NCBI GenBank assembly: GCA_951406725.2
Contig: OX597821.1
Coordinates: 77,686,001-77,750,000 of the forward strand
DNA length: 64,000 bases
Reading direction: 5' to 3'
Source: Octopus vulgaris
Lineage: Eukaryota
This document shows, piece by piece, positions 11,143 to 23,689 of this stretch. The first letter of the stretch is position 1, and each line of letters opens with the position of its first letter. The position numbers and the translations under genes are program-made. Under the pieces are notes generated by a model. The model was not told the DNA's origin and searched no databases. It saw only the letters and a list, made by a program, of their open reading frames with translations.

Positions 11143-11765
11143 ATCATCATCATCATCATTTAACGTCCGCTTTCCATGCTAGCATGGGTTGGACGGTTCA
11201 ACTGGGGTCTGGGGAGCCCGAAAGCTGCACCAGTCCAGTCAGATCTGGCAGTGTTTCTACAGCTGGATGCCCTTCCTAACGCCAACCACTCCGAGAGTGT
11301 AGTGGGTGATTTTATGTGCCACCGACACAGGTGCCAGACGAGGCTGGCAAACGGCCACGCTCGGATGGTGTTTTTTATGTGCCACCGACACAGGTGCCAG
11401 ACGAGGCTGGCAGACGGCCACGCTCGGATGGTGTTTTTATGTGCCACCGACACAGGTGCCAGATGAGGCTGGCAAACGGCCACAATCGGATGGTGTTTGT
11501 TACGTGCCCACAGCACGGAGGCCAGTCGATGCGGTACTGGCTACGGCCACGTTCGGATGGTTTTCTTGTGTGCCACGTGCCACCGGCACTGGTACCACAA
11601 AGATACAAATTCCATTGATGTTCATCTATTTTGATTTGTTTTGATTTGATTTCACTTGCCTCAACAGGTCTTCACAAGTGTCACAAGAAGGAAGGTATGC
11701 ACAGGTGGACTGACTACGTCCCAGGTAGGGGCCACAGGTTATGGCCTGACTAGTCTTGCCGGGAA
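11143..11765 (-). mobile_element. RTE-LINE 3' end (family C) with ~59-bp tandem repeats
   Basis: tttatgtgccaccgacacaggtgccagacgaggctggc unit three times near-perfectly at 11311-11500, plus degenerate copies. Confidence 0.85.
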
Positions 11766-12199
11766 TGTCATTAACAATTGTGTCTTTGGTGCCTTTTCTT
11801 TGACAGACCACTTGATATATATAAATTATTTGTCTGGTGACTGACCAGTGGTCATGATACAGCTACAATCAATTAGCTGCAAGAATTTTTGCTTCTCAAT
11901 TTCAGGTATGAAACTCAACGACCTTAATCCACCATCATTGCTAATACACACAAGCTGATTTATTTCTCTTTTTGCTGTCATCATCACAATAACAGTATTT
12001 TTGTTAAAGACGAAATATAAATTTTGTATTTGAAATTTGTATTTGAATTTTGTATTTGAAATTTGTTTTCAAATGACTGAAACAAATAAGAGAATAAGAG
12101 AAGATATATATACTCTCTCTCTCTCTCTCACACACACACAATGGGTTTCTTTCAGTTTCCATCTACCACATCCACTCACAAGGCACAGAGATGGCCCAA

Positions 12200-12905
12200 G
12201 GTTATATACTAGTAAACTAGTAACATCAGTTAAAAGGCCTCCTTTAGACAAAATACACAAACGAAATTGTCTGAAATGGACAGAAGATAACACGAAGATC
12301 GACTTTTGTTTACTGACGAAACTCGTGCTACCCTTGACGGACCTGATGGTTAGAGCAAGGGATGGGTTGTAAATGGACGCCATTGAGACGCCAACAAGGG
12401 GAGGAAGCATCATGATTTGGGCAGGTATTATTAGAGGTATTATGGTTGGTCCTTGGAAAGTGCCCGAGAGTGTTAAAATGGCTGTGGATGCTAACATATC
12501 CTTTCCGAGGGAGCACTTTGAACCTTGGTTAAAAAAGCAAAGGATCGCCTTCAAGACAACCATAATATTCATGCAAGATGATGCGCCCTCACACTCAGCG
12601 AAGAAAATTACAGAGTATCTACGACAATTAAGCTTCTGTGGACCTCGGAAGATGAAGGGACCCGCCTGTTCCCCCAACATAACCCAGTAGAAAACTTGTG
12701 GAGTATTCTAAAGCGACGAGTTAATGAGAACTGACGTGAATTTAAGATCAAAGATATATAATAATAATGAAATTATTGTATACAGTGCTCAGGTGCACCA
12801 CTGTGGTATGCAATAGCAGATGTATCTCGTGGTATAACATGAGAGGAGATCCAGAAATTAGCATGTTCCATGGACCAGCGCCTCTTCCAACTTATTTTAA
12901 ACAAA
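12200..12905 (+). pseudogene. Decayed Tc1-superfamily transposase (DD37E-like spacing)
   Basis: TDETRATLDGPDG, GGSIMIWAGI, FMQDDAPSH..SP..PVENLWSILKR across frameshifts. Confidence 0.85.
12759..12801 (-). mobile_element. Extreme 5'-truncated copy of the CR1 LINE 3' tail
   Basis: Reverse complement gtggtgcacctgagcactgtatacaataatttcattattat matches 5061-5100. Confidence 0.8.
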
Positions 12906-13644
12906 GGCTCATCCTTTAACCCTTACAAAACAGCTCATCTATCAATTTTCAACGATGATTATTTGTTTATTTCTATTTATTCTATGTTTATGACTATGTA
13001 TTCATTTCAGCATGTACATCAAGCAATTGAATTGATATTTTCTTGTTTAACGAATTTCAATTACACCTCGCTCGCTAATAATTTGAAACTGGAAGTTTAC
13101 GTAAATTTGGTAAATGGCTGTAGTTTCTGTGTTGTTTTACGGAATCGCACGTTTTTTACACAACACACGCATATAACTGTTGCCATCGTTCTGTGGAAAT
13201 TTCGTTGAATTCGAACGAGTAGTTTTTCAATAAATATTTAAAAACGTGTTAATAATTTGAAACTGAGCCGTTAATTGATAAAATCTGGTAAGCCCAAGGG
13301 AGACAACCTCGAAATTATTATTACCTTTTATCTTTCCTTCGTCTTATGTTATCGGGCTGTGGCCATCCTGGGGCACCGCCTTGGCGTGTTTAGGCGAACA
13401 AATCGACTTTTGTTTTCAAAAACATTTAATATTTATTCTATTAGCCTCTTTTGCTGAGCCGCTAAGTTACGGGTATATAAACAAAGTCGTACTAGTTGTC
13501 AAGCTATGTTACACTTATGCTGAGGTTGACTTTGCCTTCGGGATCGATAAAATAGGTAGAAATCTAACACTGAAGTTGATGAAATCGATTATCCCTCTCC
13601 CCCAAAATTTCAGTCCTTGTGCCTATAGTAGAAAGGATTACCGA

Positions 13645-13920
13645 CCTTTGGCGATATATCGTGCTTGTGAAGACCTGTCAAGTCAAGTGAGATGGTAGTC
13701 ATGGCCAATGTCGCTGTCAGGTTAATGGCACCCGTGCCGCTGGCACGTAGAAAGCACTACCTACACTCAGAGTGACTGGCGTTAGGAAGAGCATCCAGCC
13801 GTAGAAACCATGCCAAATTAGACTGGAACCTAGTGCAGCTCCCCAGTTTACCAGTTTCAGTCAGACCGTCTAACCCATGCCAGCATGGAAAGCGGCCGTT
13901 AAATGATGATGATGATGAGG
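13645..13920 (+). mobile_element. RTE-LINE 3' end (family C)
   Basis: ggcgttaggaagagcatccagccgtagaaac..gttaaa(tga)n. Confidence 0.75.
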
Positions 13921-14049
13921 AGGATCATCATCATCATCTTGACTCGGGACTGGTCCTATGCCTGGTAGAATTTATTTATATGGGTAGCAGGTTACTTAGC
14001 TGTCGTCATCATAAGGCATCAAATGCTCAAAACCATTCTGATGATCTCC

Positions 14050-14640
14050 CATGTTCCTATGACGTAAACAAACTTTCTGTAGAAGCACTGCAAGACATTT
14101 CATTCCTATCTCTGTTATTCATTTATTCTATTTCTTCACACACATTCCCTCATGCACCAATTATCAAAGATACAATGTTCCAAATCCTCACATTTCAGTT
14201 TCCTGCTTTCCTTCAAATCTTCCCTGTTTTGTTATCAAAACAGTGCACTTTTCAAGCCCGAATTCCATTCCTACATCATTTGAGAAAATGCAAACATTCA
14301 TACACTAAACTTTCCAGCTGCTTCTCATTTTCTGCATCAAGCTTATTGTTATCGTTTTTATATCTAACATACAAAGACTGTTGCTGAAGCTGTCATTAAT
14401 GAACCAGCTGTTCCCTTCCTGTGAACTAAGGTGCTGTGTTCTTTTCAAGTCTCGAGGACTCTGTGGAGACTCCTTGCACTGTCGAATAATGCTGTTTTCT
14501 GGATGTGCTCCATTGCAGTCAATAAGTGGAACAGTTAAAATATGCAAGACTTTCCTCAAATTTAAAATTTCACATTGTTTTTCTTTACCTGTATTCCAGC
14601 CACAGAGCTTTGTTATCTTTGTTAGAATCTAGCTGTTTCC
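14050..14640 (-). pseudogene. Degenerate non-LTR RT fragment (R4/Dong-like)
   Basis: Minus strand AENEKQLESLV..FSNDVGMEFGLEKCTVLITKQG resembles the post-YMDD region of R4/Dong RTs; multiple frameshifts. Confidence 0.65.
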
Positions 14641-14739
14641 TCAGAGGAAGAATTTTAATGATTAAAAACAGAAGAGCTCATTCATACATAACACACATAC
14701 ATATATACATACATTTGCCATGATAGATCGCCAGACACT

Positions 14740-14900
14740 AGACATATTTTTTTCTCTCCTTGTTTCTTTCTGTGTTCCTTTTTGTGGAAGAGCATAGGCT
14801 CGAAACGTTAAAGACTTTTTTTGAATTCCTGAGCGTTATACTAATACATCTGTTTGTTTTCTACACCACCTGTCTTCATCTTTTGTTTTTTTTTTGTGAA
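14740..14900 (+). mobile_element. Penelope-like terminal repeat fragment with hammerhead-like motif
   Basis: gaagagcataggctcgaaacgttaaagac..ctaataca; copies at 26120-26330 and 28720-28875. Confidence 0.65.
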
Positions 14901-14910
14901 TTCTCACTCT

Positions 14911-15509
14911 ATATACATACATACATACATACATACATACATACATACATACATACATACATACATACATACATACATACATACATACATACATACATAC
15001 ATACATACATACATACATACATACATACATACATGCATGCATGCATGCATGCAGGCAGGCAGGCAGATAGGCATACATACATACACACATACATACATAC
15101 ATGCATGCATGCATGCATGCAGGCAGGCAGACAGGCAGGCAGATAGGCATATATACATACACACGCATACACACATACATATGTACATACATGCATGCAT
15201 ACATACATACATACATACATACATACATACATACATGCAGATAGGCATATATACATACACAAACATATGCATACATATACACATACATATGTACACACAT
15301 ACATACACACATACATATGTACACATATACATACATACATACACACACACATACATACATACATACATACATACATACACATACATATGTACACACACAC
15401 ATACATATGTACACATACAGATACACACACACACATACATACATACGTACATACATACATACACACATACATATGTACACACACACATAGATGCACACAC
15501 ATACATACA

Positions 15510-15543
<34 letters not shown>

Positions 15544-15566
15544 CATACATACATACATACATACAT
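14911..15566. repeat. Compound (TACA)n/(TGCA)n/(GGCA)n microsatellite
   Basis: Directly visible. Confidence 0.97.
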
Positions 15567-16051
15567 TTTCATATGCTTTGGAAACCATTAAAATACCGCC
15601 CACATAATCTCCAACTTTTAATGCTTTTAGACTTATAAAATATCATTTAAAATATCAAATATTTTAAGGAAGACATTTGTGGAACAGGGAAAACAATCGA
15701 AAGCCAACATTTCTTCTTAAACAAAGAGATTGAAGGTTGAACTAAGAAGGACAATGACACCCATTGTTAACAATTGCCTGAAATAGGCCTCCATGTGCTC
15801 TGACAGAAGTGGCTTTAACTTGGAATGTGTGTGACCTAGATGACTGCGAATACCTAAGGGCAGAATATATATATTAATGTATATTATTTAGTTGGTTAAT
15901 GATGTGTGAACACTTACAGAAACAGATGTGTGTGTGTGTGTGTGTCTGTGCATGTGTATATATAGGTGTATATGTCTATATGTATACATACATATACCTA
16001 AGGAAATATATAGACAGATAGGTATAGTTGCAGATATATGCACAAGCACAA

Positions 16052-16100
<49 letters not shown>

Positions 16101-16234
16101 GCGAAAGACATTCTTGATTTCCAACTAATATGGATGTTGTGTCATAACATAGAATACCGCATTATTTACCTTGAGAAAAAACTTGCATAAGGACTCTTGG
16201 TACATATAAGAACTCATAATTATAATGTCGACAG

Positions 16235-16295
<61 letters not shown>

Positions 16296-16749
16296 TGATA
16301 TAAATAGTATATATATATATATATATGCATATATACATACATATATGTACATACCTACATATATATGCGTATACACAGGCATATATGGGACGTCAAAAAA
16401 ATGTGAACAACATGAAAAACAAGAACAGGAAAAACAAAAACATGGAAAACGAAATTTTTTTTTCGAACAATGAAAGAAACAAAGAGAGAAAAGAGACAGG
16501 CAACATAAAGAACAATCCCTTCATCAGTTGTCCCCTGTTTTATGCACTCTGCATTGGTAACACTTGGGACAAGATGCGTCTTCGTTAAAACAGTTGTTCC
16601 CGCAAAACAAATTAAATTAAATTTGGGATTTGCAGAGGGTTAAACTGGTAACAAAAACAGGACAGTAAGAACAAAAACGTAAAAACAAACGGTAAGAACT
16701 GTGAAGCCATAATGAGGTGAAGTGGTGAACGCTAGAGAAGCGAACTTTG

Positions 16750-17170
16750 ACAGGAGACAGGTAAACTTTAATAGGTTTCAGCCAGTATAGGCCCAGGCCA
16801 TGTCTAACTTAATAACACCACCTGGTGAAGTCTTTTAGTCATATATGGGGCACCATGGCCCACCCTAGCAAAGAGTTATTATTGTTGGTGACATATCCAG
16901 GTATAGGAGGTTGGTCCGAGACTTTTTGAAGAAATTTGTCCAGTGATCATTTGAATTTTATGGGATCCGTTTCCATTTTGATGTATTTTGGTTTGGTATT
17001 AAAAAGAGGTGAACCGATTGAGGTAAAGTAATTGTGACATAATGTTGCTATGTGTACTGAGTTCGATTTTTGTACTGGACAGATAGCATGGGGGCCAAGT
17101 CTTAGATGGATTTTAAAATTGATGCCAACATCATTTGTGCAATATTGATGGAATATTTTCCACATCACAC
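16750..17170 (-). pseudogene. CR1/L2-group LINE ORF2 C-terminal fragment
   Basis: GSPLFNTKPKYIK..FK*SLDKFLQKVSDQPPIPGY..NSL on minus strand. Confidence 0.7.
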
Positions 17171-17289
17171 AAATGATGTAGCGTTCCCGGTGGCGTTAGA
17201 TATATATAAACTTACTTGGAAATGGATGTGTGTCGTTCAATTAAATAATAATAATAAATAATATATATATATATATATATTTATTTATT

Positions 17290-17697
17290 TACTCTTTTAC
17301 TTGTTTCAGTCATTTGACAGCAGCTATGCTGGAGCACCGCCTTTAGTTGAGCAAATCGACTCCAGAGCTTATTCTTTGTAAGCCTAGTACTTATTTTATC
17401 GGTCTCTTTTGCTGAACCGCTGAGTTACGGGGACGTAAATACACCAGCATCAATTGTCAAGCGATGTTGGGTGGGACAAGCACAGACACACAAACATATA
17501 CACACACTTACATACACATATATATACATATATGACTGGCTTCTTCCAGTTTCTGTCTACCAAATCCACTCACAAGGCTTTTGTTTGGCCCGAGGCTATC
17601 GTAGAAGACACTTGCCCAAGGTGCCGTGCAGTGGGACTGAACCTGGGACCATGTGGTTGGTAAGCAAGCTACTTACCACACAGCCACTCCTGTGCCT
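17290..17697 (-). mobile_element. SINE family A, full length
   Basis: Match to family A consensus. Confidence 0.88.
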
Positions 17698-17754
17698 ATA
17701 TATATATATACATATATATATATATTATTTCTTCTTCTTCTTATTATTATTATT

Positions 17755-18015
17755 ATTTAGGTCACTGCCTGGAATGTCCGCAGGCATATGGCTTAGAGGT
17801 TAAGATTCCAAGTTCAATTCCAGGTAGTGACCTGAATAGTAATAATAACAACAACAACAACAACAAACCCAGGTTTGAAATTTTCCCAAGACACCTGATG
17901 AAGTCTGGAGGGTATATCAGCCAAAACGTTGTGTTAACAGCAAACAAGATGAGGACAAATATCCGTCAAATGTAAATAATGTACATAATTCCTCATCTCT
18001 TAAACATAAAACTGA
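17755..18015 (+). mobile_element. tRNA-headed, hammerhead-bearing element (copy 1), with short inverted partner
   Basis: ggcatatggcttagaggttaag..gttcaattccaggtagtgacctgaat..acacctgatgaag..cagccaaaacgttgtgt..ccgtcaaatgtaaataatgta; preceded by inverted aggtcactgcctggaat. Confidence 0.8.
17891..17934 (+). ncRNA. Minimal type I hammerhead ribozyme motif (decayed, G12>A)
   Basis: acac-CTGATGA-a-gtctg..cagcc-aAAA-cg-TT-gtgt. Confidence 0.55.
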
Positions 18016-18399
18016 ACACGATTCCTTGTTTCAAGGAATATGGCACAAGATGACAAATAGACACTGAACTGAATGAGATATGAATGTTTTCCAAATTTTT
18101 ACGCTGCCCTAGAACAGGTGCTTTTTATATGGCATATAAATATTGTGGCTGATGCCATGTAAAATGCAACTGTGCTGGTTCCACATTAAAAGCAGTCATA
18201 CTGTTGCCATGTAGGAGGCACCTGTACAGGTGCCACATAAAAGGTACCCAGTACACTCTGTAAAGTAGTTGCCATTAGGAAGGGTGTCAAACTGTAGAAA
18301 CCATACTAAAATAGGAAATGGAGCCCAGCACAGCTCCCAGCCTGGCCAGCTCCTGTCAAACTGTCTGACCCATGCCAGCACGGAAAACGGACGTTAAAT

Positions 18400-18800
18400 C
18401 ATGATGATGATGATGATGATGATGATACATTGTAATAAGGAATTCACTCATTCAGAAAACTATAACCTGAAAAATGAGCATGTATATGCTTGTGTGTATG
18501 TGTATTTATGTGCGTATGTGTGTGTGTGTGTGTGCGTGTATGTGCATGAATGTGTGTGTGTTTGCATGCATATACTACATCATCATTATCATTTACGTCA
18601 TCATCATCATCATCATCTATATCATCATTATCTACATCATCATCATCATCATCATCATCATCTATATCATCATCATTATCATCATCATTGTCATCTACGT
18701 CATCATCATCATCTATATCATTATCATCATCATCATCATCATTGTCATCTACGTTATCATCAACGTCATCATCTATATCATCATCGTCATCATCATCATG
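18400..18800. repeat. (GAT)n, (TG)n and degenerate (CAT)n microsatellites
   Basis: Directly visible. Confidence 0.9.
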
Positions 18801-19267
18801 ACTGTTTTATGTCTACTTTTCTCTGGTGGCATGGATCCAGTGGTCTCTCTGTGGTAGTCTTTTACAGTCACAGATGCCCTCACATTTCACAGCTCAGAAT
18901 CTGTAAAGTGGTTGGCAAATGAGCAGAAACACTGCCAGGTCGAAAGGACTTTTTAGGCTTTCCAAGGACATCATGACCTCTCTAGTGTTGGTGCCATAAT
19001 ATGCTGCACCCTGTGCACTCTGCAAAGTGGTTGGCGTTCGAGAATAACATCCAGCAGTAGTCACCATGCTGAAGATGGAACATGTGAGCAAGACACACTC
19101 CAGTATAGCATCCAGGAGGGGGGATATTCACCACAAATAAACATATGACTCAGATCATGACTACTTGTCCAATCCATGCCAGCAAGGGAAGCAGATGTGA
19201 AAAAAAATGATGATGATGGTGATGATGGTGATGGTGGTGGTGGTTGTAGTGATGATGCAGTTGATGT

Positions 19268-19650
19268 TTGTTTGCTTGTTTGTTTGTTCATCCCAGAGCT
19301 CGCAAGATCGCGCCTTAGGATTGTCTGTAGTGGGAGAAGTCCGAAACGTGGTCCTTTGCTATTCGTAAGACCCGCAGAAGAGAAAGCAGGTCAACCCCTG
19401 ACACCGAGAGCATCGATGGATGGATGAACGCGCATCCAGGCTCAGTGGTTGCGTAGGAGGTCGGGGACAAGAAACAGGAAGAAAGAGTGAGAGAAAATTG
19501 GAGCGAAAGAGTACAACAGGGGTCGCCACTACCCCCATGGAGCTTTAGGTGTTTTCGCTCCATAAACACACACAACGCCCGGTCTGGGAATTGAAACACG
19601 CGATCCTCCAACTGCGAGTCTGCTGCCCTAACCATTGGGCCATTGCGCCT
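19268..19650 (-). mobile_element. tRNA-derived SINE (distinct family) with (AAAC)n tail
   Basis: Minus strand ggcgcaatggcccaatggttagggc..tttcaattccc head with A/B-box-like motifs, CpG-rich body, aaac repeats. Confidence 0.8.
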
Positions 19651-19654
19651 TCAC

Positions 19655-19887
19655 TGGTGTTGTTTGTGGCAGTGGTGGTGGTGGTTGTAGTGATGATGCA
19701 GTTGATGTTAATGGTAATGGTGGTGGTGGTGGTGGTGGTTGTAGTGATAGTGGTGATGGTGGTGGTGTTGATGGTAGTGATAATAACAGGGCTGGTGTCA
19801 ATGATGATGATGATGATGATGACAATGATGAAGATAGTAGTGGTGGTGTTGGTGGTGGTAGCAGTGACAGTGGTGGTAGAAGTGTTG

Positions 19888-19919
<32 letters not shown>

Positions 19920-19950
19920 GGTAATGGTGATGGCAGTGACAGTGGTGATG
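19655..19950. repeat. (GGT)n/(GAT)n/(GTT)n low-complexity tract
   Basis: Directly visible. Confidence 0.9.
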
Positions 19951-20569
19951 AATTAATGAAATTTCTTCCTGTCTTTCCAAATTTGCATCTGTGTAGCCAG
20001 GTGAGAAATCAATATATTTATATTCCATTGACTCTATGCAGCAAAAAATTAAGAAGAAATAACAATAAATAATTCACAAAAACACATACAAAACATCTAG
20101 AAAGAAACGCTTTGATGCTGATAACAGTGTTGCGAGACTTCAAATGTTTCCCTAAAACTTTGCTATCAGTAATTTTATGTTTTCTTATGTTCTTTTTATC
20201 AGTTGCAATGCAATTTATCTCTTTCCAATACCTAACAAGTCTGGCTCTGTGTTACTAATGCTCCAAGAAACTATCACTCCCAAAGTCATCATCATCATCA
20301 TCATCATCATCATCACCATCACCATCATCATTTAACATCCACTTGGAATTTTGTCGAGGCAGATTTCCTATGGTCAGGTACTGATCCTGTCACTAACTCT
20401 CACCTGTTCCCAAGCAATGTAAATATTCCACCCTCACCTCCCCACCCTCATAGCTAGAAAATCCCTCCCCCTCCCCACCCTCATAGCTAGAAAAATAATC
20501 CAGAATCCTTGTCCGGTACCAGATCGATCCCAAAATCTAATCAGTTTGTGCCAGTCACAAGGTAATAAT

Positions 20570-20690
20570 GGTTTCAAATTTTGGCACAAAGCTAGCAATT
20601 TGGAGGGGATGGGGCAGAGGTAAGTTGATTGGTCCCAGTGTTCAACTGGGATTTTATTTTATTGATCCTGGAAAAATGAAAAGCAAAGTA

Positions 20691-20723
<33 letters not shown>

Positions 20724-21000
20724 GTTTAACATCCGCTTTCCATGCTGGCATGGATTGGATGGTTTGACTGAAGACTGGCAAACCGAGAGGCTGCACTAAG
20801 CTCCAATCTTGATCTGGCAAAGTTTCTACAGCTGGATGCCCTTCCTAATGCCAACCACTCCGTGAGTGTAGTGGGTGCCTTTTACATGCTACTAGCATGG
20901 GGGCCAGTCAGGCGGTACTGGCAACTCAATGGAATTTGAACCCAGGATGTAAAGACGGATGAAATTCCGCAAAGCATTTTGCTTAAAATGTTAAGAATTC
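20570..21000 (-). mobile_element. SINE family B copy interrupted by a family C RTE tail (20695-20925)
   Basis: Family B halves flank a (CAT)n-led family C copy. Confidence 0.65.
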
Positions 21001-21635
21001 TGACAGATTACAACTTTTAGTAACATTTAAACTACTGCAAGTAGGAGATGTTAATAAATGACTAAACTAAAACCTATTTAAGAGGTGAAACAAATAATGG
21101 CTAACAACCATTTCTTTTTGCTTATACTAATTTTTCTGTGTCAGCAAGGATAGGATGGTTTTGTTGGAAATTGTTTTTACAGTAGGCTTTCATCCCTCCC
21201 AATAAATATTTAATCATGAGATGGGAGTGGAGCTCGTCATACCATTAATGAGAGCAATGTTGTCTTCTTTGCAATAGCACAGTACGATGATTGTGGAGTG
21301 GTTTGAACATGTAAACATGTAATCATATGATCTATGGTCCAACATGTTAAGCTTCCGACTTGTATGCTGAAATCAACATAATACATTGCTTTGTATATAT
21401 AGATATATATTTTTATATTTGTTTCAGTCATTAGACTGTGGCCATGCTGGGGCACAGCCCTGAAGAATTTTTAGTTGTATGAATCGAATCCTGTACCTGT
21501 GTTTTTTTTATAAGCTTGGTATTTATTTTATTGATTTCTTTTACTGTACTGCTAAGTTATGAGGATGTAAACGAACCAACACCAGTTGTCAAGCAGTGAT
21601 GGGGACAAACATAGACACAAACACATATTTGTATA

Positions 21636-21703
<68 letters not shown>

Positions 21704-21736
21704 TATGTATATATATATGTATATATATATGTATAT

Positions 21737-21782
<46 letters not shown>

Positions 21783-22089
21783 AAGGTAGAGCAGCAAGAA
21801 CACAATAACCAGAAAACATAAAAACCTAACATGCAGAAGAAAGGACGATAGCACCACAACGGCAAACAGGACAAAACAAGATACATGGATCAATCACAGC
21901 CAATTACCTCTTCAGCCAGAGGCCAGACAGTCTTTGTAGTTTTGCTAGTGGCTGTGTGGTAAGTAGCTTGCTTACCAACCACATGGCTCCGGGTTCAGTC
22001 CAACTGCGTGGCACCTTGGGCAAGGGTCTTCTGCTATAGCCTTGGGCCGACCAAAGCCTTGTGAGTGGATTTGGTTGACAGAAACTGTA

Positions 22090-22432
22090 GAAGTAGTGGG
22101 GGTGCATCATAGCCATAAGTTGAGGGGAATTGTTTGAGTTTTGGATAATTCACCTTTGGAAACATGGATGTTTTGTTTAACATCTTTAAACAACCTTTAT
22201 TCAGGGACCTTTTGAGTGGGATGGGCTACTCGACCTCAAGCAAATTCTGACTGGGCCCTACCTGCATGGTCATGTGCTGTTTATCTTGATATGAGATCAC
22301 CATGTCGCACACATATGGTTGTGATGCATGTGCCTGGTGTACCCTTATCAGACGGGCAGTCATGATGGGTATACTGGGCTTCGTATAGTTTACCCCAGTG
22401 TCACTTGGATGGCATGCACTACTCTCTCACTC

Positions 22433-22530
<98 letters not shown>

Positions 22531-22535
22531 TGATG

Positions 22536-22589
<54 letters not shown>

Positions 22590-23170
22590 GCCCTGATGCA
22601 GTACCAGGCGGAGGCTCTCATGGCTTCTGATCTTAACTGATTGGAAGTGTTATCATGTACATTGTTATGTCTTGGTATAAAAGATGGGCTACAGCAAATA
22701 TTCTGCTCAATACCACAGATTTGCTTGTCAGTTGTTTGACCTTAACCAGTTGAGCATGTCCCTTAGTGGCTGACGATATGTGCATCTCTGATCACGAGCA
22801 GAAGTAGTGGGGGAGCATCATAGCCATGTGTTGAGAGGGATTCTTTGGGGTTTGAATAATTCACCTCTGGAGACATGGGTGGATTTTTCAACATCCTTAA
22901 ACAACCCTTATTCAGGGACCGTTTGAGCGGGATGGGCTACTCAACCTGAAGAAAATTCTAACTGGGCCCCACCTGCAAGGTCATGTGCAGTTTATCTTGA
23001 TATGAGATCACCATGCCGCGCACATATGGTTGTGATGCATGTGCCTGGTGTGCCCTTATCAGATGGGTAGTCATGATAGGTATATTGGGCTTCGTATATT
23101 TTACCCCAGTGTCACTTTGATGGCATGCTCTGCTCGCTCACTCAATAATAATAATAATAACAATAATAAT
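22090..23170 (+). mobile_element. Two tandem copies of an (AAT)n-associated retroposon-like repeat
   Basis: 22090-22432 is a 5'-truncated copy of 22589-23143; both end in ctcactc(AAT)n. Confidence 0.75.
22433..22588. repeat. (AAT)n microsatellite
   Basis: Directly visible; further (AAT)n at 23144-23370 and 23600-23688. Confidence 0.97.
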
Positions 23171-23201
23171 ACCTGGTAACTAAACATGCATTAGTGTGGT
23201 G

Positions 23202-23271
<70 letters not shown>

Positions 23272-23339
23272 TAATAATACCTGGTAACTAAACATGCATT
23301 AGTGTGGTGATAATAATAATAATAATCATAATAATAATC

Positions 23340-23373
<34 letters not shown>

Positions 23374-23384
23374 CAACAACAACA

Positions 23385-23598
23385 ATGGTTTCAAATTCTG
23401 TCGCAAGGTTAGCCATTTTGTGGGAGGGGATGTGTCGATTACATCAACCCTAGTGTTCAACTGGTACTTAATTTATCGACCCTGAGAGGATAAAAGGCAA
23501 AATTGACCTTGGCAGAATTTGAACTCAGAACGTAGAGACTGGTGAAATATCACCAAGCATTTAGGCCAGCATGCAAACGAATCTGCCAGCTCGCCACC

Positions 23599-23600
<2 letters not shown>
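23385..23600 (-). mobile_element. SINE family B (MetaSINE-like core)
   Basis: actggtacttaatttatcgaccc..aaaggcaaa..gaatttgaactcagaacg. Confidence 0.8.

Positions 23601-23689
<89 letters not shown>

Noticed and set aside
9688-11644. Recurrent LQLDALPNANHS ORFs
   Set aside because: Antisense translation of the RTE 3'UTR repeat.
14760-15638. Long ORFs of YIHT/MYVC repeats (also 21550-21890, 46081-46507, 51567-52226, 62136-62595)
   Set aside because: Translations of microsatellites.
18401-20072. Poly-His/Ser/Gly/Asp ORFs
   Set aside because: (CAT)n and (GGT)n tracts, partly retroposon tails; no splice or domain support.
22589-22660. HDV-like ribozyme at the 5' end of the (AAT)n-associated element
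   Set aside because: Could not build the nested double pseudoknot by eye.
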